Part shown: in pieces, positions 9,282 to 18,307 of the stretch
Position numbering within the stretch: position 1 is the first letter of the stretch
How the letters are laid out: each line of letters starts with the position of its first letter
NCBI GenBank assembly: GCA_028713575.1
Contig: JAQTOB010000001.1
Location: 27,619 to 91,618, forward strand
Source of the DNA: Patescibacteria group bacterium
GTDB lineage: Bacteria; Patescibacteriota; Patescibacteriia; UBA2591; UBA6264
DNA: 64,000 nt
Reading direction: 5' to 3'
Notes under the pieces: generated by a model
What the model saw: only the letters and a program-made list of their open reading frames with translations
The model's database searches: none
What the model was told of the DNA's origin: nothing
Translations under genes and position numbers: made by a program

Positions 9282-10343
9282 ATGATTATTTTTCTTTACG
9301 GAAAAGACGCTTATCGTTCCAAGCAAAGACTAAATGTCTTAAGGGAAGAATTTATGAGGAAAAAAGACAAAAAGGGTCTAAATGTTTGTATTTTTGAAGC
9401 CCATGAATTATCTCTTGATGAGTTGAGAAAATCCTTTTTAAGCGCTGGTCTTTTCTCAGAAAAAAGACTGATGATTATAAAAAATATCTTATTGGCAAAA
9501 ACGGCAAAAAAAGATGGGGAAAGTCGCCCCGTCCCGTCCCCTCTGCAAACAGGTGGCAACCCGCCGGAAAGGCAAAAAATTCTGTTTGAAGAAATTATTA
9601 AAATTTTAAAAAAAAACAAAAAAGATGAAGATTTCCCCGCACAGACAAAAAATGTCATTATTTTTTGGGACGAAGAGGTTAATGAAAAAAAATTAAATTC
9701 TTTTCAAAAAAAAATATTTATTCTTTTAAAAAAAGAGAGGTTTTGTGAAGAATTCAAATTATTAAATGCCGTTGAATTAAAAAAATGGATTAAAAAAAGA
9801 GTTAATAATCAAGGTTTTAAAATTGACGAACAATCTTTAACGCTATTAATTAACGCTTTTGGCAATAATCTTTGGCTGTTAAATAATGAGTTGGAAAAGC
9901 TAATGGCCTGGAAAATAACAAAAAAAGAAATTGTTTTTTCTGACCTGCAAAAATTTGTTTTCCCCGGACTGGAACAAAATATTTGGAAACTGGTTGATTC
10001 TTTGGGTCAAAAAAATAAGGCCCTGGCTTTAAAAATTCTTTCAGACCAATTTAAACAAAATGTTGATGTAGCTCAAGTTATTACCCTTCTTGCTCATCAA
10101 TATAGAACAATTATCAGAATAAAATCTTATTTAGAAAAAAATCCAATAAATAATCCTTATCAGTTGGCTAAAATCTTGTCTCTTCATCCCTTTGTGTGCC
10201 AAAAAGCTGTGGCTCAAGAAAAAAATTACAACCTTAATCAATTAAAAAAGACCTATCAGCAATTACTGAAAATAGATCTTTGGCGGAAAACTAAGAATAT
10301 TGACTCGGAAACTCTTTTAGATTTGTTAATTGCCAAATCCTGA
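9282..10343 (+). CDS. holA: DNA polymerase III delta subunit
   Basis: MIIFLYGKDAYRSKQRL N-terminus, and the length and helical C-terminal domain are typical of HolA. It carries a GC-rich in-frame insertion (DGESRPVPSPLQTGGNPPERQ). Confidence 0.65.
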   Translation: MIIFLYGKDAYRSKQRLNVLREEFMRKKDKKGLNVCIFEAHELSLDELRKSFLSAGLFSEKRLMIIKNILLAKTAKKDGESRPVPSPLQTGGNPPERQKILFEEIIKILKKNKKDEDFPAQTKNVIIFWDEEVNEKKLNSFQKKIFILLKKERFCEEFKLLNAVELKKWIKKRVNNQGFKIDEQSLTLLINAFGNNLWLLNNELEKLMAWKITKKEIVFSDLQKFVFPGLEQNIWKLVDSLGQKNKALALKILSDQFKQNVDVAQVITLLAHQYRTIIRIKSYLEKNPINNPYQLAKILSLHPFVCQKAVAQEKNYNLNQLKKTYQQLLKIDLWRKTKNIDSETLLDLLIAKS

Positions 10344-10610
10344 TTATTTTCCTAAATTATTAATTTTTTTCATTAAACGCGACTTAGTACGAGCCACGGT
10401 ATTTTTTTTTAAAATGCCTTTTTGTAACATCTTGTCAAGAGATTTCTGAATTTTTAAATAAAAATCCATCATTTGCTTTTTATCTTTATCTGCAAAGGCT
10501 TTTAAAAATTTTCGTTTCAGCCAGGCGACATTCGCTTTAACGTCTTTATTGCGTTCTGTGCGTTTTTTTGTTTGACGAAGCGCTTTCTTCGCTGATTGTT
10601 TAATCGGCAT
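10344..10610 (-). CDS. rpsT: 30S ribosomal protein S20
   Basis: MPIKQSAKKALRQTKKRTERNKDVKANV...; the start is taken at the internal Met that matches the S20 N-terminus. Confidence 0.85.
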   Translation of the reverse strand: MPIKQSAKKALRQTKKRTERNKDVKANVAWLKRKFLKAFADKDKKQMMDFYLKIQKSLDKMLQKGILKKNTVARTKSRLMKKINNLGK

Positions 10611-10700
10611 AATAGTGAACTTAAAAATCAAAAATCAAAATGAAAAATAATAATATAAATAAATTTAAAATTTCTCCTAATTTTAATGCTGTTCCGTTTT

Positions 10701-10994
10701 TTAATTATCGTAATAATCTTCTTTTTCTTCTCTTTCTCCTTCTTCTAAAAATTCCTCCTCTTTGGAAATCAATTTATCCCATTTATCGCGGCCGTCTATT
10801 AGGATATTTAATCTAGCCTTAAAATCTTCGTTAAAATCTTTTAATAATTTTGGTTCTTCCTTAAATATTCTTAAAAGATTTTCCAATGATTCCTCTGGTA
10901 AAATGGGTAAAAAAATTAACAGATCGTTCTGATCATCTGGAGAAATTTTAGAAGAATTGATAAATTCCCCCAATTTGTCTAATACTTTTGACAT
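10701..10994 (-). CDS. hypothetical acidic protein
   Basis: 97-aa glutamate/aspartate-rich ORF with no recognisable motif. Confidence 0.4.
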   Translation of the reverse strand: MSKVLDKLGEFINSSKISPDDQNDLLIFLPILPEESLENLLRIFKEEPKLLKDFNEDFKARLNILIDGRDKWDKLISKEEEFLEEGEREEKEDYYDN

Positions 10995-11030
10995 TTATTT
11001 AGCTAATTCCTTCTCAATTTATAAGCCTTG

Positions 11031-11381
11031 TTATCTCAGTTTTTTAGGATGGCAAAAAATTCTAGGTTTGGTCTCTTGGTTGATAATCTGGGGGTTTTCT
11101 TTAACTTTCATCATGGCTTCCCGACTAGTTATAAGAATCCCCATTCTATTCCTAGTCGTATGAGGATGTCTATCCATCATTTGCAAATTCTCTTGGTCCT
11201 TTTCGTTAAAAAAAACTGCCTTTTCCGGATTATTGGTCTTTTCAAGAATTTTTCTTCTTATCTCCCTGGTAGTCTGTTCTATCGCCTGTTCAATAGCCAA
11301 TTTTTCCTCCGTCTCCTCCGACCTCATTGTTGGATTTTCAAAAACATTCATATATTTATCGGCTTGATAAGTTTCCTCCAA
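11031..11381 (-). CDS. hypothetical charged protein; the overlapping plus-strand ORF 11028..11390 is judged less protein-like
   Basis: 116-aa helical, charged composition, against a hydrophobic low-complexity antisense ORF. Confidence 0.35.
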   Translation of the reverse strand: MEETYQADKYMNVFENPTMRSEETEEKLAIEQAIEQTTREIRRKILEKTNNPEKAVFFNEKDQENLQMMDRHPHTTRNRMGILITSREAMMKVKENPQIINQETKPRIFCHPKKLR

Positions 11382-11478
11382 TATCGCTAATTAATTAAAT
11401 GATATATTTATTATTTTTCTTTGTCAACTGTGGATTTCCTATCCGATTATGCTATAATACTAACATAAATTATAAACT

Positions 11479-12063
11479 TTGTCAAGAGAAATGATTTACT
11501 CGCTCCAAGGCACCATTACGGAAAAGGAAAGGGACTTCATCGTCATTGAAACGAATGGCGTTTCTTTTCAAGTTTTCGTCACCAGCTCCCTATCGGAAAA
11601 AATCAGGCTTGGACAAAACTTGAAAATTCTCACCTATCTGGAAGTAAAAGAAGACGTCCTGGCGCTTTACGGTTTTGAAAGTAAAAAAGAATTGCAATAT
11701 TTTAAATATCTAGTGGCTATTTCCGGCATCGGTCCAAAATCTGCTCTTAACGTTCTTTCTTTAATCCGAATTGAAGACCTGGAGAAAGCCGTCTTAAACG
11801 AAAAATTAGATATCTTGACCAAAGTTTCAGGTATCGGTAAAAAGACTGCCCAAAGAATAATCCTGGAACTCAAAGAAAAAATAAAAAAAACCGCTAATTT
11901 ATCCTCGTCCCAGGGAGAGGATGATTCTTTGCTCATTGATGCTCTCATGGCTATGGGCTACAGCCTTGCTCAGGCCAGAGAAACAATTAAAAAAGTTCCC
12001 CTGGAAGCCAAAGGAACTGATCAAAGACTCAAACAGGCATTAAAAATACTTTCTGGAAGATAG
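11479..12063 (+). CDS. ruvA: Holliday junction DNA helicase subunit RuvA
   Basis: OB fold followed by two HhH motifs (GIGPKSALNVLS and GIGKKTAQRIILELK) and a C-terminal domain. Confidence 0.85.
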   Translation: MSREMIYSLQGTITEKERDFIVIETNGVSFQVFVTSSLSEKIRLGQNLKILTYLEVKEDVLALYGFESKKELQYFKYLVAISGIGPKSALNVLSLIRIEDLEKAVLNEKLDILTKVSGIGKKTAQRIILELKEKIKKTANLSSSQGEDDSLLIDALMAMGYSLAQARETIKKVPLEAKGTDQRLKQALKILSGR

Positions 12064-12065
12064 GG

Positions 12066-12425
12066 CTATTTTTTGATTTTTTTCTCCGCCGCTGGTTCAG
12101 TGGATTTTTTTTCTTCCATAATTGACAAAATTTTTACTTTCGTCTGCCACTGCCGGTGTCCAACATTGCGATGATAACGAACTTTTGGCTTATATTTAAT
12201 CACGCTGACCTTCCTTCCTTTTTCTTCAGCCAAAACTTCACCTTCCACTTTTATTTTTAAAGCCGGTTTGCCGATTTCCACGCCGGTCTTTTTTTGGGGG
12301 TCAAAACACAAAAGAACATCTTTAAAAGATATTTTATTACCAGCCTTTTTATCTAATTTTTCAACCCGAAGCACGTCTCCTTCTTTAACCAGGTATTGCT
12401 TGCCCCCGGTCCTAATAACAGCCAT
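12066..12425 (-). CDS. rplU: 50S ribosomal protein L21 with a lysine-rich C-terminal tail
   Basis: MAVIRTGGKQYLVKEGDVLRVEKL... Confidence 0.85.
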   Translation of the reverse strand: MAVIRTGGKQYLVKEGDVLRVEKLDKKAGNKISFKDVLLCFDPQKKTGVEIGKPALKIKVEGEVLAEEKGRKVSVIKYKPKVRYHRNVGHRQWQTKVKILSIMEEKKSTEPAAEKKIKK

Positions 12426-12539
12426 TAAGCTCATAAATTTACACATAAATTACCTATTACTTACTTTTATATTTTAGCACATTCCTAAAATATTTCAAGG
12501 TTCGGCATCTTTTTAAAACGCCCTATGTCCAAAAAATAC

Positions 12540-13028
12540 TTATCTTTTTTTATCCACCGCTCTTTCATTTCTGATTAATATATCGGCAAGTCTCTTCTCC
12601 CGTATCTCAAACGCCCTATCCGGACGATACACAAAAACCCTTAAATCTATTTTTGAAAAAGGCAACCCGAATTTTTTTGCTTTTACTTCTATCGCGGAAT
12701 CTCTAGTATAAACATCTTCAGCGGTTAAAATAAGCACTTCGCCGGATTCAGGAAATTCCGACTTAAATTCTAGGGTGTCAATACTCCCGCACCATTTTAT
12801 TCTGGTCCCGTTTTCCATCAAGCCTCTCCCCAGCCGACTTGAAACTGTCGTCTTCCCGGCGTCAAAACTACCCCCAATAACGGCGACGATTACACTCCCA
12901 TGATTCTTTAATAAATCTAAAATTCTGGAAATGCTTTCTTTTACGCCCTCTTCAAAGGAATATTCCCTTGACTCAAATTGTTCATTTATCCGTTCAGGTT
13001 GTTTCATTTGACTCATTATAATAATCAA
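12540..13028 (-). CDS. uncharacterised small P-loop NTPase
   Basis: Walker A VAVIGGSFDAGKTT; no further family signature recognised. Confidence 0.5.
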   Translation of the reverse strand: MIIIMSQMKQPERINEQFESREYSFEEGVKESISRILDLLKNHGSVIVAVIGGSFDAGKTTVSSRLGRGLMENGTRIKWCGSIDTLEFKSEFPESGEVLILTAEDVYTRDSAIEVKAKKFGLPFSKIDLRVFVYRPDRAFEIREKRLADILIRNERAVDKKR

Positions 13029-13119
13029 TCCTAAAGACCATAAAATACTTTACTTCCCCTTCTTCTTCTAATCAATCGGCTTCAAGCTTAATTTTTCAAT
13101 CTCCGAAATAAATAAATTT

Positions 13120-15864
13120 CTATAAACTCTCTGCCTTTTCCACTCTCATTTTCCCTCCCTTTTCTAAAACCACCACGTCCCGACGATTAATCTTGCCGGT
13201 CAAAAGGGATTTTGCTAAAATGTCGCTTACTCTATTCTGAATTACTCTATTTAACGGTCGAGCGCCGAAGGCCGGATCAAAACCTTCTTCAGCCAGTTCT
13301 TTAACAGCTTCTTCTGTTACTTTTAGAATAATGCCTTTTTCTTCCAGTTGTTTAGTTAATTTCTTCAAGAGCAACTTGGCAATTTGTTTTATTTCTTCCA
13401 TCCCTAATGGTTTAAAAACAATCACACCATCAAAACGATTTAAAAACTCCGGACGAAAATATGGTTTTAATTTTTCCCTGATTAGAATTTCGGTAATTAT
13501 TTCTACTGATGTTTGTTTATTGATTTCTTCTTGAATAAAATCCGTACCGGCGTTTGATGTCCCGATAATAATCATATTGGTAAAATCAATAGTCCGGCCC
13601 AAGGCATCAGTCAATCGACCATCGTCCATTACTTGTAAAAAAACATTTAAAATATCAGGGTGGGCCTTTTCTATTTCATCAAGCAGAAGAATAGAAGAAG
13701 GATTTAAGCGAACTTCTTCGGTTAGTAATCCTCCCTTTTCTCCTCCTGGAACGCCAATTAAACGATTAATACTTGATTTCTCTTGATATTCACTCATATC
13801 TAAACGAATCATTCTGTTTTCATCTCCAAAATATACATCTGCTACGGTCTTTGCCAATTCTGTTTTTCCTACGCCAGTTGGTCCAAGAAAAAGCAAATTA
13901 ACAATCGGTTTTTTCTGGCTTCTCAACTCTGTTCTCGCTCTCCTTAGAGCCGAGGAAACCATACCAACCGCTTCATTCTGGTCAATCAAGCGCTGGTGAA
14001 TCTGGTCTTCCAAATTCAATAATTTTTCCGTTTCTTTCTCCGTAATCTTATTAACCGGAATCTTTGTTCTTTCCGCTACCAAACTGGCGATATCTTCACC
14101 CTGAACAATACTTTTTTTGCCTCTTTTGTTTTTAACCGCAATTGCCGCATCTTTTATAAGATTAATGGCCTTTTGGGGCAAAAATTGCTCGTGCAAATAA
14201 CGCGTTGATAAATCAACTGCTTGATTTAAGGCATTATAAGAAAAATAAATATTTTCTTTAGCCTCAATAAACGCAGCTTGCGTTTCTAAAATTTGAATGC
14301 TTATATTTTTTCCCGGCTCTTCCACGTTTATTTTTTTAAAAACTTCATCTAAAGATTGGCCTTCAATTAAACGCCGATATTCCCCTGGCGTAGAAGTGGC
14401 AAGAATAAAAAATAAATTCTGTTTTAAAATGCTAACCAAAATTTCTGAAATATCCAGTTCTCCTTCGGTTGTTTTAACTCCAATCATATTATGAATGTCT
14501 TTAACAAAAAGGATAATATTGCCTGAGCGAGCAACTTCGCTCAAAATAATCTGCAATCTTTGTTCAATTTCTCCCGGTCGCGAAGCACCGGCCACTAAAC
14601 TTGGCAAATCAAGGCTAACCAGCCTTTTGTCCTGTAAAATCCGAGGGACATCCTCCGACACCATTCTTCTGGCTAAACCATTGATAATCGTGGTTTTCCC
14701 CACTCCAGGTTGACCAACTAAAATTACGCCCGTCCGGCCGCTTTCTACTGCTTGAAAAATTTGTTCTGTTTCTTCGTCTCGGTCCGTACAAATTCCCAAA
14801 TAGCCACTTCGAGCCAATTGTGTTAAATCTTGACTGTGCGTATCCAGGTTTGGCGTGGCAATGGCCGTATAAGAACGATTAATCGGCCCTTTTGGTTTAA
14901 ATTTTGCCTGCCGAAAAAAATGATTTTGATAAGTTCTCAATTCTTTATAGACGGCAATCCAAAGGCAAACATTTTTTATTTCATTAAAACCAACTTCAAA
15001 ATCATAAAAAATCTCCTTAACCGGACCCTCAAATTCAACCAAAGCCTGTAATATTTCTAAGGATGATAGGCTATTACTTTTATTTTCTCCCGCTAAACCA
15101 TAAGCCATTAAAAGAACTTTTTGTGCTTCCAGACTATAAAAAATATTTTTCTTTTTTTTCTTGGGGATTCTACTCAAAACTTTAGCTATTTTATTATTTA
15201 AGGCGTCCCATTTTAAACCTAAACGATTGATTACTGAGGCGGTTTCTAAAATTTGTAAACAACCAACCAACAAATGGATTGGTTCAATTTGCTGATGTTT
15301 TAACTTATGGGCTAATTTCCTGGCCCTTTGAACAACTTTAACGGATTCTTGAGAAAAAACATTAGCAATATCTATTTTAAATTTTCGCGCCAAACGATGA
15401 GCCTGCTCCCAAGTGTCGGGAATCTTAACGTCTGTTCTAAAAGATTTGGGCCAATTCTTCCTTTTTTTGCCTTGTTCTTTCTCTAAAATATAAATAAAAA
15501 AACAATCCGTTAAAATTGATGTCCAAAATATTAAAAGAAGTTTTTCTGATTTAAAATTTAAAATGTAAATTTGGTCTAACCCATTGATAATAAATTCCGG
15601 AGCGACTACTCCCGGAAATTCTAAGATGATTTTAGCCAAAATAAGAATGCCCCAAAGCCCCAAAAAAATCAATAAAATTTTAATAATAATTTTTAAAATT
15701 TTATTTAGAAAATTGCCTATTACTTCCGGTCGATCAAAAATTTTATCTAAAAACAAAAGATGGCCGCCGAACCAAGCATAAACTTCACGGTTATGGCAAT
15801 TTGGGCATTTATTTTTCTGTGCCTGCCCCCTGCCTTTACAAATAGGACAAATGATAAACTCCAT
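13120..15864 (-). CDS. ClpB/ClpC-family AAA+ chaperone ATPase with an N-terminal zinc ribbon and membrane anchor
   Basis: Two AAA modules (VGQPGVGKTT and FLGPTGVGKTELAK, with sensor GARPLNRVIQ) and Clp-N repeats. A C-x2-C-x10-C-x2-C ribbon and two hydrophobic helices precede the Clp-N domain. Confidence 0.85.
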   Translation of the reverse strand: MEFIICPICKGRGQAQKNKCPNCHNREVYAWFGGHLLFLDKIFDRPEVIGNFLNKILKIIIKILLIFLGLWGILILAKIILEFPGVVAPEFIINGLDQIYILNFKSEKLLLIFWTSILTDCFFIYILEKEQGKKRKNWPKSFRTDVKIPDTWEQAHRLARKFKIDIANVFSQESVKVVQRARKLAHKLKHQQIEPIHLLVGCLQILETASVINRLGLKWDALNNKIAKVLSRIPKKKKKNIFYSLEAQKVLLMAYGLAGENKSNSLSSLEILQALVEFEGPVKEIFYDFEVGFNEIKNVCLWIAVYKELRTYQNHFFRQAKFKPKGPINRSYTAIATPNLDTHSQDLTQLARSGYLGICTDRDEETEQIFQAVESGRTGVILVGQPGVGKTTIINGLARRMVSEDVPRILQDKRLVSLDLPSLVAGASRPGEIEQRLQIILSEVARSGNIILFVKDIHNMIGVKTTEGELDISEILVSILKQNLFFILATSTPGEYRRLIEGQSLDEVFKKINVEEPGKNISIQILETQAAFIEAKENIYFSYNALNQAVDLSTRYLHEQFLPQKAINLIKDAAIAVKNKRGKKSIVQGEDIASLVAERTKIPVNKITEKETEKLLNLEDQIHQRLIDQNEAVGMVSSALRRARTELRSQKKPIVNLLFLGPTGVGKTELAKTVADVYFGDENRMIRLDMSEYQEKSSINRLIGVPGGEKGGLLTEEVRLNPSSILLLDEIEKAHPDILNVFLQVMDDGRLTDALGRTIDFTNMIIIGTSNAGTDFIQEEINKQTSVEIITEILIREKLKPYFRPEFLNRFDGVIVFKPLGMEEIKQIAKLLLKKLTKQLEEKGIILKVTEEAVKELAEEGFDPAFGARPLNRVIQNRVSDILAKSLLTGKINRRDVVVLEKGGKMRVEKAESL

Positions 15865-15904
15865 AAATACTTTATTAAATTCAAAACAAAATGATTTTTA
15901 TTGT

Positions 15905-16264
15905 TTATTTTAGTAAAACAATAATTTGCCACATTGCAATAATCGGCAATATTATCCAAATGACTAATAAAGCGAACCGGCTGACCGTTCCCAAAACAAA
16001 CAAAAAAAGACGCCAGACCAAAAGAATCAAGCGCATAAAAAAACTGATAATTCTCCCTGATTTTGAACGTTCTCCAAACATGGGCTTAAAAAGATGAGTA
16101 ATCATCAGTTTTAAGGCTAAGTTACGAAATAAATTGATTGTTCCTTGTCTAAATTCAGTTATTCTTTTTTTAAGACCAAAAGAATACCACCAAATCGGAA
16201 AATAAAGAACATTAATTAATGCTTTATAAAACGTTGATTTAAAAATAGCAATAAAAAAGGACAT
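15905..16264 (-). CDS. hypothetical integral membrane protein
   Basis: 119-aa ORF with three to four hydrophobic helices, packed between the PRC-barrel gene and the Clp ATPase on the same strand. Confidence 0.35.
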   Translation of the reverse strand: MSFFIAIFKSTFYKALINVLYFPIWWYSFGLKKRITEFRQGTINLFRNLALKLMITHLFKPMFGERSKSGRIISFFMRLILLVWRLFLFVLGTVSRFALLVIWIILPIIAMWQIIVLLK

Positions 16265-16273
16265 ATAAAATGT

Positions 16274-16534
16274 TTAACTCGCAGGGTCAGAAGCCAATTC
16301 TTTTATTTCTTTTAAAATATCTTTTACTAATATTTTTTTACGAGAAACGAAAATTATCTGATTGACGTCAATAATTAAACATCCTTGAAATAAATTTTTA
16401 AAGGGATTGCTACTCTTAACTAAAATTTTTTGAATCTGATATGATTCGTTATTAATTTCTAAGTCAACAACCCGTCCCAAACAATGACCGGATTGAGTAT
16501 AAACTGGCAAATTAATTATTTGAACCGACTCCAT
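16274..16534 (-). CDS. PRC-barrel (YlmC/YmxH-like) domain protein
   Basis: VYTQSGHCLGRVVDLEINNESYQIQKILVKS; the start is taken at MESVQ to avoid overlapping yidC. Confidence 0.5.
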   Translation of the reverse strand: MESVQIINLPVYTQSGHCLGRVVDLEINNESYQIQKILVKSSNPFKNLFQGCLIIDVNQIIFVSRKKILVKDILKEIKELASDPAS

Positions 16535-16535
16535 A

Positions 16536-17258
16536 TTAAATTGCAACTTTTTTTTTAAAAGCAATTTTTTGTTCAAAAATCGTGATTAAAACGCTAACCA
16601 ACCAATAAAGCATTAAACCGCTAGGCAGGGTTAAACCAATAAAAAAAGTCATTATCGGCATCATAAATTTCATTTGTTTATTCATAATAGACATCATGTT
16701 TTCATCTTTGGCTTCTTTTTGTTTAATCATTTCTTTAACTGGCTGATTGTCGGCTAAAACTTTTATCTGTAAATATTGAAGAACACTTGTGACTAAAGCT
16801 AAAATAAAATTCGGCTTAGATAGGTTTAAAATACCAAAAGCCATAACATTTAAAGTTCCGGGATTATGAATAAAAGAATAAATGGGTAAAGAAGCGTTTG
16901 TTAGCCCAACGCGGAAAACTTGAAAAACTGCAATTAAAATAGGAAATTGAATTAATAAAGGCAAACAAGAAGAAAGGGGGTTTATTTTATTTTCTTTATA
17001 AATCATCATCATTGCCTGTGCTTGCTTGTCTTTTTGGTTGGCGTACTTTTTTTTAATTTCTTCTATCTTTGGTTGTAAATCCTTTAATGATTTTTGGGCT
17101 TTAATTGATTGGCGAGATAAAGGAAAAAGTATTAATTTGACTATCAAAGTCAAAAAAATAATAGCCACTCCTAAATCATGACCCGGAATTAAATTATAGA
17201 AAACCACCAAAAGGTTTAATAATGGTTGATAAAGAATTGTTTTAAAAAATTCAATCAT
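16536..17258 (-). CDS. yidC: membrane protein insertase YidC (short form)
   Basis: MIEFFKTILYQPLLNLL...IFLTLIVKLILFPL...NPLSSCLPLLIQFPILIAVF. Confidence 0.85.
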   Translation of the reverse strand: MIEFFKTILYQPLLNLLVVFYNLIPGHDLGVAIIFLTLIVKLILFPLSRQSIKAQKSLKDLQPKIEEIKKKYANQKDKQAQAMMMIYKENKINPLSSCLPLLIQFPILIAVFQVFRVGLTNASLPIYSFIHNPGTLNVMAFGILNLSKPNFILALVTSVLQYLQIKVLADNQPVKEMIKQKEAKDENMMSIMNKQMKFMMPIMTFFIGLTLPSGLMLYWLVSVLITIFEQKIAFKKKVAI

Positions 17259-17344
17259 ATTTTCTCGCCAATGCTCAGTCAAATGCAAAATATAAATTTC
17301 AAAATGCAAAATGACAATGTAAAAATTTTTTAAATTTTAAACTT

Positions 17345-17593
17345 TTATGGTTCGTCCCATCCTCCCTTGGCCCAAGGATGACAACGAAAAACTCTTCCAA
17401 CTGCTTTAATCCCTCCCTTTATGAGTCCGTATTTCTCAATGGCCTGATAGGCATATTCCGAACAAGTCGGCTGAAACTTACAGACACCGGGCCAAGGATG
17501 TAACAAAGAAAACGGTCCATGGTCGGGAGAAAGTGTTTTTTGATAAAGACGAATTAATTTTAAAACCAACAGCTTTAACCAAGTAAATGCCAT
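17345..17593 (-). CDS. yidD: membrane protein insertion efficiency factor YidD
   Basis: FQPTCSEYAYQAIEKYG...FRCHPW. Confidence 0.85.
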   Translation of the reverse strand: MAFTWLKLLVLKLIRLYQKTLSPDHGPFSLLHPWPGVCKFQPTCSEYAYQAIEKYGLIKGGIKAVGRVFRCHPWAKGGWDEP

Positions 17594-17595
17594 TT

Positions 17596-17937
17596 TTATT
17601 GAATTAATCCTCCTTTTTTAAAAATTTTTAAAATTGCGCTTTCTATTTGTTGAAAATCTAATTCTTTAATCTTTGGTCGCGTGAGAATTAAAAAATCATA
17701 CCCTAAAACAAACTGTAGTAAATATTTTTTTAAAATGGCCCTAATTCTTCTTTTGATTTTATTGCGCATTACCGCCCTTTTATCAACTTTTAAAGAAACC
17801 GTAATGCCAAAACGAGAATAATTTAGATCATTTTTAATCCATTTTAAACTGACTTCTTGACCAAAAATCATTTTCCCTTTTTGCGCTACTCTCGCAAAAT
17901 CATTATTTTTAACCAAGCGATATTTCTTGGGTAACAT
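17596..17937 (-). CDS. rnpA: ribonuclease P protein component
   Basis: LPKKYRLVKNNDF...RNKIKRRIRAIL; classic position between rpmH and yidD. Confidence 0.8.
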   Translation of the reverse strand: MLPKKYRLVKNNDFARVAQKGKMIFGQEVSLKWIKNDLNYSRFGITVSLKVDKRAVMRNKIKRRIRAILKKYLLQFVLGYDFLILTRPKIKELDFQQIESAILKIFKKGGLIQ

Positions 17938-17941
17938 AAAA

Positions 17942-18079
17942 TCAAGGCGTCAATTTTTTTCTTGACCTTGCTCTTCTTTTCTTTAAAACATTTCTTCCGG
18001 CCTTGGTTTGCATTCTTTTACGAAAACCATGTGTTTTAGCTCTTTTTCTTTTTTTTGGTTGATATGTTCTTTTGGGCAT
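17942..18079 (-). CDS. rpmH: 50S ribosomal protein L34; not in the ORF track because it falls below the length cutoff
   Basis: Manual translation of the minus strand gives [45 protein letters not shown], which matches L34. It sits upstream of rnpA as in most bacteria. Confidence 0.85.
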   Translation of the reverse strand: MPKRTYQPKKRKRAKTHGFRKRMQTKAGRNVLKKRRARSRKKLTP

Positions 18080-18307
18080 AGGCGCTCCACTAAATTTAAA
18101 ATTAAAAAATCAAAAATCAAAATGACGTATTAAAAAACAAAAATTTCTTTAATTTCTATTTTACGTTTCAATTTTTAAGTTTATTATATCACAAATATTT
18201 AAATTAGCCCAGTGTGTATTAATTTTGCTATCATATAGATATTGGACACCTAATCTTATGGTTTCTATGCCGTGCTTCATGTTTCAATGTTGCTGTGTTC
18301 TAATGGT

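Noticed and set aside
9141-9658. Minus-strand ORFs 9141..9326 and 9311..9658 overlapping the holA start
   Set aside because: They are antisense to the HolA N-terminus and the GC-rich insert, and their PG-rich segment mirrors the insert. They are judged artefacts.
11028-11390. Plus-strand 120-aa ORF overlapping the 11031..11381 minus-strand ORF
   Set aside because: Its composition is hydrophobic and low-complexity (MLSQFFRMAKNSRFGLL...). The antisense partner looks more like a real charged helical protein. Both are weak calls.
13331-15051. Several 60 to 75-aa plus-strand ORFs inside the Clp ATPase gene, and similar ones inside rny (19170..19748), valS (30325..31943) and the P-type ATPase gene (497..1894)
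   Set aside because: These are shadow ORFs antisense to, or out of frame with, strongly supported long genes, and have no independent support.
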